Assembly (NCBI GenBank): GCA_030390025.1
Contig: CM059432.1
Location: forward strand, 67,396,001-67,460,000
Direction of reading: 5' to 3'
DNA length: 64,000 nucleotides
Origin: Squalus acanthias
Lineage: Eukaryota
The notes beneath the pieces are model-generated. The model saw nothing but the letters and a program-made list of their open reading frames with translations. It did no database searches and was not told the origin of the DNA. Position numbers and translations under genes: made by a program. This document shows, piece by piece, positions 10,445 to 22,700 of the stretch. The number at the start of each line of letters is the position of its first letter. Positions within the stretch are counted from its first letter, which is position 1.

Positions 10445-13400
10445 GTTTTTTATGGGATGTGGGCATCACTGGCAAGGCCAGCATTTATTGCCCATCCCTA
10501 ATTGCCCTTGAGAAGGTGGTGGTGAGCTGCCTTCTTGAACCGCTGCAGTCCATGTGGCGAAGGTACTCCCACAGTGCTGTTAGGTGGGGAGTTCCAGGAT
10601 TTTGACCCAGCGACGATGAAGGATCGGCGATATACTTCTAAGTCAGGATGGTGTGTGACTTGGAGGGGAACTTGGAGGTGGTGCTGTTCCCAAGCGTCTG
10701 CTGCCCTTGTCCTTCTAGGTGGAAGAGGTCGCGGGTTTGGGAGGTGCTACCGAAGAAGCCTTGGCGAGTTGCTGCAGTGCATCTTGTAGATGGTACACAC
10801 TACAGCCACGGTACGCCGGTGGTGCAGGGAGTGAATGTTTAAGGTGGTAGATGGGGTGCCAATCAAGCGGGCTGCTTTGTCCTGGATGGTGTTGAACTTC
10901 TTGAGTGTTGTTGGAGCTGCACTCATCCAGGCAAGTGGAGAGTATTCCATCACACTCCTTACTTGTGCCCTGTAGATGGTGGAAAGGCTTTGGGGAGTCA
11001 GGAGGTGTGGCACTCGCCGCAGAATATCTAGCCTCTGACCTGCTCTTGTTGCCACAGTATTTATGTGGCTGGTCCAGTTAAGTTTCTGGTCAATGGTGAC
11101 CCCCAGGATGTTGATGGTGGGGGATTCAGTAATGGTAATGCCATTGAATGTCAAGGGGTGGTGGTTAGACTCTCGCTTGTTGGAGATAGTCATTGCCTGG
11201 CACTTCTGTGGCGCAAATGTTACCTGCCACTTATCAGCCCAAGCCTGAATGTTGTCCAGGTCTTTTTGCATGCGGGCATGGACTGCTTCATTATGTGAGG
11301 AGTTGTGAATGGCACTGCACACTGTGCAGGCATCAGCGAACATCCCCATTTCTGACCTTATGTTGGAGGGAAGGTCATTGATGAAGCAGCTGAAGATGGT
11401 TGGGCCTAGGACACTGGGGCTGTGATGATTGACCTTCAATCACCATAACCATCTTGCTTTGTGCTAGGTATGACTCTAGCCAGTGGAGAGTTTTCTCCCC
11501 AATTCCCATTGACTTCAGTTTTACTAGGGCTCTTTGATGCCAAACTGGGTCAAATGCTGGCTGGATGTCAAGGGCAGTCACTCTCACTTCTTCTCTAGAA
11601 TTCAGCTCTTTTGTCCATGTTTGGACCAAGTCTGTAATGAGGTCGGGAGCCGAGTGGTCTTGGCGGAACCCAAACTGCGCATCGGTGAGCAGGTTATTGG
11701 TGAGTAAGTGCCACTTGATAGCACTGTCGAGGACACCTTCCATCACTTTGCTGATGATTGAGAGTAGACTGATGGGGTGGTAATTGGCCGGATTGGATTT
11801 GTCCTGCTTTTTGTGGACAGGACATACCTGGGCAGTTTTCCACATTGTCGGATAGATGCCAGTGTTATAGCTGTACTGGAACAGCTTGGCTAGAGGTGTG
11901 GCTAGTTCTGGAGCATAAGTCTTCAGCACAATAGCCGGGATGTTTTCAGGTCCCACAGCCTTTGCTGTATCCAATGCGCTCAGCCGTTTCTTGATATCAC
12001 GTTGAGTGAATCGAATTTGCTGAAGACTGGCTTCTGTGAAGGTGGGAACCTCAGGAGGAGGCCGATATAGAAACATAGAAGATAGGAGCAGGAGTAGGCC
12101 ATTCGGCCCCTCGAGCCTGCTCCGCCATTCGATGAGATCATGGCTGATCATCCAAACTCAGTACCCTGTACCTGCCTTCTCCCCATATCCCTTGATACCT
12201 TTAGCTTTAAGAAATATATCTAACTCATTCTTGAATATATTTAATGACTTGGCCTCAACTACCTTCTGTGGTAGAGAATTCCACAGGTTCACCACTCTCT
12301 GGGTGAAGAAATTCTTCCTCATTTCTGTCCTAAATGGCTTACCCCTTATCCTTAGATTATGACCCCTGGTTCTGGACCATCGGGAACATTCTTCCTGCAT
12401 CTAGTTTGTCCAGACCTGTCAGAATGTTATATGTTTCGATGAGATCCCCTCTCATTCTTCTATACTCCAACAAGTATAAGCCCAATCGACCCAATCTCTC
12501 CTCATATGTCATTCCTGCCATCCCAGGTATCAGCCTTGTGAATCTTCGCTGAACTCCCTCCATGGCAAGAACATCCTTCCTCAGATAAGGCGACCAAAAC
12601 TGCACACAGTACTCAAGGTGTGGTCTCACCAAGGCCCTGCACAAGGATCGGCCACTCGGCACTTCTGGCTGAAGATGGTTGCAAACCCTTCAGCCTTGTC
12701 TTTTGTACTCACGTGCTGGGCTCCACCATCATTGAGGATGGGAATATTCATGGAGCCTCCTCCTCCCGTTAGTTGTTTAATGGTCCACCACCATTCACAA
12801 CTGAATGTGGCAAGACTGCAGAGCTTTGATCTGATCCGTTGATTGTGGGATCGCTTAGCCCTGTCTATAGCATGCTGCTTCCGTTTTTTAGCATGCATAT
12901 AGTCCTGTGTTGCAGCTCCCCAGTTTGGCACCTCATTTTTAGGTACGCCTGTTGCTGCTCCTGGCATGCTCTTCTACTCATTATTGAACCAGGGTTGGTA
13001 TCCTGGCTTGATAGTAATGGTAGAGTGAGGGATCTACTGGGCCATGAGGTTACAGATTGTGGTGGAATACAGTTCTGCTGCTGCTGATGACCCACAGCAC
13101 CTCATGGATGCCCAGTTTTGAGTTGCTAGATCTGTTCTGAATCTATCCCATTTAGCATGGTGGTAGTGCCACACAACATGATGGAGGGTGTCCTCAGTGT
13201 GAAGACATGACTTCGTCTCCACAATCACTGTGCGGTGGTCACTGCTACCATGGACAGATGCATCTGCGACAGGTAGATTGGTGAGGACGAGGTGAAGTAG
13301 GTTTTTCCCTTGTGTTGGTTCTCTCACCACCTGTCGCAGGCCCAGACTGGCAGCTATGTCCTTCAGGACTCTGCCAGCAGTGGTGCTACCGAGCCACTCT

Positions 13401-14073
13401 TGGTGATGGACATTGAAGTCCCCCATCCAGAGTACATTCTGTGCCCTTGCAAGTGGTGTTCAACATGGTGGAGTACTGAATCATCAGCTGAGGGAGGGCA
13501 GTAGGTGGTAATCAGCAGGAGGGCCTGAAGCCATGAGACTTCATGGGGTCCGGAGTCAATGTTGAGGACTCCCAAGGTCACTCCTTTCCGACTGTATACC
13601 ACTGTGCCGCCACCCCTGGTGGGTCTGTCCTGCAGGTGATGGAGGAGTTTGGGACCTTGGCTGAAAGGTATGATTCTGTGAGTATGACTATGTCAGGCTG
13701 TTGCTTGACTAGTCTGTGGGACAGCTCTCCCAATGTTGGTGAGGACTTTGCAGGGTTGACTGGGTTGGGTGTGCCGTTGCCGTGGTCTGCCCGGTTTCAT
13801 TTTTATTATTTTGTTTCGTAGCGGTTGGTTACAACTGAGTGGCTTGCTAGGCCATTTCAGAAGGCAGTTAAGAGTCAACCACATTGCTGTGGGTCTGGAG
13901 TCACATATAGGCCAGACCGGCAGATTTCCTACTAGCTTTTTATTCCAGATTTATTTAATTAACTGAATTAAAATTCCCCAGCTGCCGTGGTGGGATTTGA
14001 ACTCACGTCTTCCAGATCATTAGTCCAAGCCTCTGGATTACTAGCCCAGTGACATTATCACTATGCTACTGTT
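10445..14073 (-). mobile_element. Non-LTR retrotransposon of the CR1/L2 superclade (distinct from the dominant CR1), single endonuclease-RT frame, degenerate, tRNA-like 5' head
   Basis: MGDFNVHHQEWLGS, SSDH, NYHPISLLSIISKVME, QFGFR, SVLGPTIFSCFIND, FAD, YRAQVRSVMEY; 3' end AATAAA...CCCACATCCCATAAAAAA near 10445-10490. Confidence 0.88.
12066..12640 (-). mobile_element. CR1 3' fragment nested in the LINE above
   Basis: LVRPHLEYCVQFWSP...KGYGEKAGTGY plus CR1 3' hairpin and tail; closely similar to ~37803-38382. Confidence 0.92.
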
Positions 14074-14666
14074 TATAGTTGTAGTGCAGAGGAAAATCAA
14101 ATATAGCTCTAAAAGAACTTGTAAATGAAAAGAAATATGACTACTTCAAGAAATTAATGTTGAATATGTTTGCATAAACTTAATTTTTCTGCTTGTCATG
14201 TGATTTCAAATGATACTACAATGCTACAACCTTTATCACAATTATCATTGACAATGACTTTGCAAAAATAAATCAATTTTAGCCAACTGATTCTAGGGCG
14301 ATTTGTTTTTTTCACTCTATCGATTTGCTTCACATTTTTACAAGATTATTGCCTTTGCTGGAAAATTACAATTAAAGCAGCAACTGAGTTCCTAAAAGCT
14401 TTTTGGCTTGGTTTATTTCTGTTAATTAGTGCGAATGAGTACTAAATCTGAATGGTGCAAATGGAAATAGAAATTTCATACGAGCCAATTATCAGTGATG
14501 TTACACATGAGCAGTTGGACACTTTGATCAAAAGTATGGCTCTATCATGTACATTGCCAATTTCTAGTTCCTATTTTTGTGTTTGGTGTCAGATGTCCTT
14601 GGGTGGAAGGGAAAAGATACAGGCCGGAAAGTTTGATAAGGCCTGAAAACGGGCAGGAGCCCTGCG

Positions 14667-16513
14667 GGCTGAGATTTTCTCACGCCCGTTTAGAAAGTGT
14701 AGGCAGCACATTAAGTTGGTGCTGCCTGCTAATTTAAATGATTTTAGCGCACATCCCAGTGATTACTGCACTGCTGACTGGCTGTATGCTCAGCAGGAGG
14801 CCCAATGTCGCCTCGCTGCAGCGACACTGCATTTCCTTAAAGCAAGACTGTTAGTTTTGAAGGCAATCTCGCGCCCTGAAAGGTGAACTGAGAAAAAAAT
14901 TAAAAATCATTCCAAATTAAAAAATGGTAAAAGTGCTCCAGCACGAACACAAATGCCTCAACAGGCCAGAGAAAGGGCACCCAGGGTCTCGGATACAGCA
15001 CTCTAGCTTTGTGCAGGAGGTCAACACTGGAAGAGAGGTTCTCTACACACAGGGGGCCAGGAGGCTCTCCAGAAAGAAGGATGTGGGACCAGATGGCTGA
15101 GGCCCTCACTCCCAGCAATGTCACCCCCAGGACCTAGCTCCAGTGCCCAAAAAAGTTTCATGACCTCAGATGAGTGGTCAAGGTCAGTGAATGCATCTTC
15201 GAAAGCCATCTCCTACCATCTACATCACTAGCCTCACACACTGCTCAATGCATGACCCCTCAATCACTCACCTACCAACAATCTCTACCAAATACAAGGC
15301 ACACCTCACATTCCCAGCTTCACCTCAACCCCTTGGAGGAGATGGTGCTGGCCATTCTTGGTAGAGGCATGGTTGAGTCCTTGGCCGGTGGCGGGGCTGA
15401 AGGAATACAAGATGCCGGTATCCTCATACATTATCCTCCTTCTTACATCCCACTTCCCCCTAATCCCACAATATCTTCTGATTTACAAACTACACATGGT
15501 GTAAGCATGCACCTCTTGCTTTCAAGCCCTCCCCTCACCACAACCCTACCCTTGTGCCGTCCTCATTTCACACACCCAAGAAATGCAGCCTGCCCAGCCA
15601 GTGGTTGACCAAGAAGAGGGAGAGGAGAGCGAAGAAGAAGAAGAAGAAGAACCATCACTCGATTTCACACTCCCAGCCACCAGCTCCTCGAGGTCGTCCT
15701 GCAAGGCCATTTGCAGTGTCACCCACTGAAAGTCAGCAGCCTTCCACCAGCCATGCTGCAGCCACTGGGGTAGCGCTGCGTGACATCACTGGGATAGGCA
15801 AAGGCAGACCCAATACAGTCACTAAGGGAATGCACAAGGGTGATTAGTTGAATTTTTGATGTAATATTGGGTGTCTGTATGGATAAAGTTGGATTGGAAA
15901 GTTTGCTTTTTGGTGGCTTTTATTTCAGCATTGTGGCCAAGAGGACACTGTGATGGCCAATAACAGTAAGGTGTGGGACAAATGTTGAAAGGGGAATTGG
16001 GGTTGTGGTCACTGATACTGCAGGCGGATGATTCGATCCTGGATATCCCGAACAGAAAGAGGCAGTCTGGGTTGCCTGGTTCCTCCTCTTCTGCTTCTTC
16101 CACTTCCCTCTGCGAGCAGCTTGTCCCCTTTGCTGCCTCTACATCATCTCCATGTGATGTTGCAGCCCAAGAAGGACTGCAACTAGAGCCCCAAGGACTG
16201 TGAGCAAGTGGTGTTCTCAGAGGCCTTCCTTTAACATCAAATACCTTGCGTGCATCCAGCAGCACTCCCTACACTCCCTGTACACTTTAGCAACTTTTTA
16301 AATGTATTGCACCAAGCCACTACTCCAATAAAATGTACGAAACCAGTCCAAAATCTGAAATCGAAACTTACCTGAAAGATAGGTGTGTCACTTTAAGACA
16401 CACTGACAACATCTCTGCACATTCTTCTGTGCGTAGTTAGAAGAGGGCGGTAGTGAGGCGGCCGCCATTTATTCAACAAAACTAGCCTTAACGGCCGGCA
16501 CTATACCCCCGAA
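14667..16513 (+). mobile_element. Degenerate Harbinger element with Myb/SANT-like second-ORF relic
   Basis: 14975-15183 translates with stops to WDQMAEAL...PRT*LQCPKKFHDL followed by a GTCAGT donor; HLNPLEEMVLAILGR at ~15320; boundaries uncertain. Confidence 0.6.
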
Positions 16514-16777
16514 TTTTGCGGTAACAGTGTTACTTTAAAAAAATGATTTAGTGCATTTTTTTAGTTAAATACCAAAATATGAATTTGATTCCTTGGTGGC
16601 CTAATGTTGGCTAATTTTCCTACCAGTCTAAAAGCAATCTAGCAAATCCCTTAGAATGTGGCTTTAGAAACAATCCAGGTCCCTGGTAGTCTGCAGTTTC
16701 TCTTGTGCTTTGGCCTCATTTTTGTTGGATGGCTTAAATGTGAATTTTATTTCAAAATCTGAATTTATCTTAGAGCC

Positions 16778-17052
16778 TCTCAGGTGGATGTAAAAGATCC
16801 TATGACACTATTTTGCAGAAGAGCAGGTGAGTTATCCCTGGTGTCCTAGCCAATATTTATTCCCCAATCAACATCATTAAAGCATTAACTGGTCATTATC
16901 ACATTGCTGTTTGTGGGAGCTTGCTGCGTGCAAATTGGCTGTCGCATTTCTTACATTACAACAGTGACTACATTCAAAGTACTTCATTGCCTGTAAAGCG
17001 CGTTGGGACATCCGATGGTCGTGAAAGGTGCTATATAAGTGCAAGTCTTTCT
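16778..17052 (+). mobile_element. 5'-truncated Deu-domain SINE
   Basis: Matches the body and tail of the SINE at 7739-8186. Confidence 0.82.
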
Positions 17053-17292
17053 TTTTGTTTTGTATATCGTGGTGTAAGACACTGAACTATACAAAACAAG
17101 GAGGTCCCAAGTTCAATTCCTGTTCTGTGCTGAGTTAGCTAGTTGCATTGAAGGTGCCAAATTTACTCATTGACTCAATTCAAAGAAGGGGAATTATTTG
17201 GTACAGTTCCAGGTCCAGATTGTGTACAGTTACCCTTGCTGGATAGGAAGGACTGGATAAGGCTCAACTGTGATGCTGCTCCACCATTAACT

Positions 17293-19574
17293 GAGACAAA
17301 ATTAATTGTCACTTGGAAAAATATGGGCTAATAAAGGACAGCCAATATTGATTTGTTAAAGGTAAATCCTGTTTGACTAACTTGATTGAGTTCTTTGAAG
17401 AATTAACGGATAAGGCTGATGAGGGTAATGTGGTTGATGTTGCGTATATGGACATTTAAAAGGCGTTTGATAAAGTACCACATAAAACACTTGTTAGCAA
17501 AATTGAAGCCCATGGTATTAAAGGGAGAGTGGCTGCATTAATACAAAATTGACTAAGAGACAGAAAGCAGAGAGTAGTGGTGAACAGTTGCTTTACAGAC
17601 TGGATGGATGTATATAGTGATGTCTCCTAGGGGTTGGTATTAGGACCACTGCTCTTTTTGATATATATTTATGACCTGGGCTTGGATATACAGGGCATAA
17701 TTTCAAAGTGTGCAGATGATATGAAACTTGGAAATGTATTAAATGATAGGATAATAGACTTTAGGAGAACATAGACAGATTGGTGAAATGGGCAGACACG
17801 TGGCAGATGAAATTTAACCCAGATAAGTGTGAAGTGATGCATTTTGGTTGGAAGAATGAGGCAGTATAAACTAAATGGTACAGTTTTAAAGGGTGGCAGG
17901 AACAGAGAGACCTGGGGGTGTACGTATACAAATCTTTGAATGTGGCAGAGCAAGTTGAGAAGGCTGTTAACAAAGTATGCAGTATTCTTGTCTTTATAAA
18001 TAGAGGCATAGGGCTGGATTTTCAATGACCCGTGGAGTCGGGTTTGGAGGCGTGTGGGGGGTTAAAGTTGCAGATTCGGGGGTCCCGACCCCATCCTGCC
18101 TCCAACCCGCCTCCACGCAATTTTGATAAAATCGTGTGCGGTGTTCCCGACTCCGTCCCGCCTCCAAGAGGCGGGAGAGGCCATTAAAGCCCTTAACAAG
18201 CCCTAAATTGGCTCTGTAATGCCATTTTGAAACGTTTTAGCTAGTTTAACCCTTTTCTGACGTGAAGCACGCCCGATGTGAAACATGCCAGTGAAACCTG
18301 GCGGGAGCACAAGTGGATAGCTGACTATCAGCTGCAGGTCCACTATTACAATGGAGATGTGATGAAGGTAGTAGTAGTATTGTGATGAAGGTGGTAGTAG
18401 TAGTATTAGGTCTGAAAGTCGCCTCTGATGCTGCTGCATTGAATGTCTTCAGAGACTGCCGGGGCCTTTGGAGGACCTGGATGGAAAAAAAAATTCTCTC
18501 TCTCTCTCTCTCTCTCTCTCTGAGATGCTGCTCATTTTGCATCCAGGTCCTCTCACAGCAAAGGCCAGGCAATCTCTGAGACCTGGCAGTCTCTGACCTG
18601 CAATGATGACATCATCAGAGGCGACTTTCAGACTGAAACCACTAATTGGTTCATGGGTTCCCACATGCTGGAACTCAATTGCCCAATTAAGTGACAATTG
18701 CATCAATCTCCCACATCCAATTTCAGGTGGGCAGATAACACGAAATGCGGATGACACAACCCCAACCCGACCCCAAGACAAAATCCAGCCCATAGCGTGC
18801 AAAAGCAAGGAAGTTATGGTAAACCGTTACAAAACATAGGTTAGGCCCCAGCTGGAGTATTGTGTCCAATTCTGGATACCACACTTTAGGAAGGGATATT
18901 AAGGTCTTAGAGAGGGTACAGAGGATATTTACTAGAATATTACCAGGAATGAGAGACTTCAGCTACATGGATAGACTAGATTAGAGAAGCTGGAGTTGTT
19001 CTCCTTAGAAGGTTAAGGAGATATTTAAAGAGGGGTTCAAATCATGAAAGGTTTTTATAGAGTAAATAAGGAGAAACTGTTTCTCGTGTCAGAAGAGTCA
19101 GTCACCAGAGGACACAGATTTAAGGTAATTGGAAAAAGAAAAAGAGGGAAGATGAGGAGAAATCATCCTGAAATCTGACCTCTATTACTACAATAAAGTG
19201 TTCAAACGATGAGTTCCCAATCAGCAATGTCATAAACCTAACCTACCTCAAGAGTATCATGTGTACCAGTCCAGTTTGGCTGTACATGTACTATCTTCAG
19301 TATAAACTGATAGCTGACTCTTTAGACCATTCAATCATTACTTAAGGAACAATTATGATCTGGAACACACTGCCTGCAAGGGTGGTGGAAGCAAATTCAA
19401 TAATGACTTTCAAAAGGGAATTGGATAAATACTTGAAAAGGAAAAATTTACAGGGCTATGGGGAAAGAGCAGGGCAGTGGGACTAATTGGATAACTTTCA
19501 AAGAGCCGGCACAGGCACGATGGGCCGAATGGCCTCCTTCTGTGCTGTATCATTCTATGATTCTATGATTCTAT
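17293..19574 (+). mobile_element. CR1 3' portion, degenerate
   Basis: RT-region similarity to 6400-7727; (ATTCTATG)n tail at ~19552-19574. Confidence 0.88.
18011..18791. mobile_element. Harbinger-type MITE nested in CR1
   Basis: TIR GGGCTGGATTTT / AAAATCCAGCCC, TSD ATA; second copy at 50999-51541. Confidence 0.9.
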
Positions 19575-19740
19575 AAACTGCCTACCACTGCTCTCTGTCT
19601 AGGCTCAAACATGGAAAGTAAAAAGCCAGATAGCTAGGGGGTGAAGGATAGAATACCAGAGCCCAGTCTTTACTTGCTTACACCTTTTATATGTTGATTT
19701 CAGTGATTGATGGCTGGCACCATCACCAATAATAAAAGGA

Positions 19741-22700
19741 ATCAAGTGCCCCCTTTTAAAGGGGCGCAACCAATAAACCGTAAATTAAACCAAATTTAAA
19801 TGAAACTTAACAAATCAAATCAGAATGCGGTTTCCAGGGGTGATGAAGCACTTCAGTCCCTCCGGTCCCCCCCGGTCGCGGAAGGCCTGAAGCGTACCGG
19901 TGGATACCGCATGCTCCATCTCCAGGGACACGCGATAGCGAACATTGCTGCAGAAGAGAGGCAGGCAGTTGGGCCGAATGATCCCCTCGACCTGCCCACT
20001 GCCTGGACCTGTTAACGGCCTTCTTGGCCAGGCCCAGGAGCAGTCCAACAAGGAGGTCCTCCGATCTGCCCGCTCCCTTCCACACCGGGTGCCCAAGGAT
20101 CAGGAGCGTGGCACTGAAGGCAACCAAAAATTGAGGAGCAGCCCCTTCAAAAATTGGAAGAGGGGCTGCAACCTCTCACACTCTGTGTATACATGGAACA
20201 CGGACTCCTCCAGGCCGCAGAAATTGCAGGCGGCCTGGGAGTCCGTGAACCTACTTAAAAATTTGTTGCACGGGACTGCTCCATGCAACACCCCCCACGC
20301 CAAGTCCACCATAGAAAAGGGGAGAACTCCCGCGTAGAGAGCCCTCCACTGGGAGCGCTCGCCTCCTCCGGGTGGCAAGAGGGCACATCCTGATGGCCGA
20401 CAAGGAAGCCAAAGTGGAGAGTGTGCAAGAGCAACCCCTACAAGAAAACCCTCCGTGCAGAGTGAAAAGGCATGGAAGGGATCTCCGAGAGACGGCTCAA
20501 GCTGTGAAGCTCCAACTCCTGAGGGAGGTTTTGGTGCCTGGTGCCAATGAGAAATTCGATCCGAACGGAGGTCAGTTCAGACGGGGTCACTTCACACGCT
20601 TGAGCCTTCTCAACACACCTAGTGGAGTCATGGCTGAGTGCCTCTTTTAGCGTCTCGATGGCTTTGTCCGTGAGAAAGTATGCCATGTCAAGACATGTGC
20701 TGTGCCAGCTCCTCTGGCGACATCCAACCCGCTCCTCCGCAATCCAGTACGTCCCTGACTCTGGTTACCTTGCCAGCCAGGGCCCTCCCCTCCACCAGCC
20801 ACCCGATACGCGATCGTGGAGGTGTGGATTCCTGAGCAGCAGCTCCCGGAGGATAGCCACCAGTCCTGACAGGGGAGAACACCGGCTGGAGGCGTAAATG
20901 TTCCAGATCCTGATCAGTTCCTGGTAAAAGACAGGCAGCTCCTGCAAGGTGGCATGGCTATACCCCAGTTTTCTAAACAGGAGCTGCATGCTGTAATTGA
21001 GGCCGTGCAGCTACGGAAGAAATACGTCACCAGTGCACACCATCTGGGAGGATCCTCGACGTACAGGTATCTCTGTAGGGTCCGAAGACGGAAATTCGCA
21101 GCCTGGGAACGCACGCACACCAGCCCCTGACCGCCTTCCCTAAGCGGGAGACTCAGAACCATGGCAGAGACCCAGTGCTTCCTTTGGTCCCAGAAAAAGT
21201 CAACAAGCTTCTTCTGTATCTTGGCAACAAACTCAGGGGGAGTGATCAAAGTGACCGGCCGGTACCACAGCATAGCGGCCACCAGTTGATTTATGACCAG
21301 CGCTCGATCCCTGTAGGACAGCACTCGGAGCAGCCCTGTCCAGCACCCTAGGCGAGCGGTGACTTTGGCCTCCAGCTCTTGCCAGTTCACCGGCCAGGCT
21401 TCCTCGGCAGGGATAAGGTAGTCTCCCAGGTAGAGGAGTTGAGAGGTACTCCAGGCAAAAGGCCTGATCTCCTCTGGCAGGGAGTACATCCATCACTGAC
21501 CCATCAGGAGTCCGGAATATTTCTCCTAGTTGATCCTCGCAGAGGACATGGCAGAATAGACCAGCTGGCACTCGCGCATCTTCCGCAAGTCAAAAGATTC
21601 TGTGGCATGAGGAGCACGGCATCAGCGTAAGCCAAGCGGACGACCTCCACACCCGGCCCTCTGTGGAAAAATGTCGGGGAGGGAGCGGGCCCTGGGGAAA
21701 GTGCCGGGGAGGGAGCGGGCTCTGGGGAAAGTGCTGGGGAGGAAGCGGGCTCTGGGGAAAGTGCCGGGGAGGGAGCGGGCTCTGGGGAAAGTGCCGGGGA
21801 GGGAGCGGGCTCTGGGGAAAAGTGCTGGGGAGGGAGCGGGCTCTGGGGAAAGTGCCGGGGAGGAAGCGAGCTCTGAGGAAAAGTGCCGGGGAGGGAGCGG
21901 GCTCTGTGGAAAAATGCTGGGGAGGGAGTGGGCTCTGGGGAAAGTGCTGGGGAGGGAGCGGGCTCTGTTGAAAATGCCAGAGAGGAAGCGGGCTCTGGGA
22001 AAAAACCCAGAAACATCATGCTTCCGGTTTCAAATTCATGGGCAGTATGCTTCAGCACTGCTTCCAGTCGTTGGCAGCAGTCACTCCGTAACCTTAATCA
22101 GACACTCCACAGCGGCATACAGAAGTCGGATCAGGGTGACAAAATGCATTCCGAACCCAAAAGCGCACAGAGTCACGAAGAGGTACTCGTGATCCACCCT
22201 GTTGAATGCCTTCTCTTGATCCAGGGAAAGGAAGGCGACCGACAGACCAGCTCTCTGGGAATGGTGAACCAGGTCTGGACCAGATGGATGTTGTCATGGA
22301 TGGTCCGGCCCAGGACCATGTCGGACTTGTCGGGGTGGATCATGTGGGCCAGCACGGTGCCATGGTGAGCAGACATTGTCCTGGCAAAAATCTTGTATTC
22401 TGTGCCGAGAAGGGAGACCGAGCTCCAGTTCTCTTGGTAGCAGGACGATGACTGCCCTGCGTCAAGAGAGGGGTATCTCCCCGGTCGCCAGATTTTCCCC
22501 CAGGACCCACGCATAGTCGCCCCAACCCTCAGGACATTCCAGAATGCCCTGTTGAATTCCACGGTCAGCCCGTACAGCCCCGGGGATTTGCCGCTTGAGA
22601 GCTGGCTGAGGGAATCGGTCAGCTCCGCCAAGATTAGTGGAGCATCAAGCTGTTTGGCGTCCTCCGGGCTGACCTTCGGCTGGTCCTCCTATAAAACTCT

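Noticed and set aside
19738..19760. U2 snRNA target site for Tx1 (ATCAAGTG)
   Set aside because: Only an 8-nt match that appears to be the element's own 3' end; no U2 sequence on the other flank.
21660..22000. CRISPR-like array
   Set aside because: Head-to-tail repeats without unique spacers, no cas genes, eukaryotic context.
21504..22368. Pro/Gly-rich repeat proteins (EPAPSPALSP etc.)
   Set aside because: Translations of a stop-free minisatellite.
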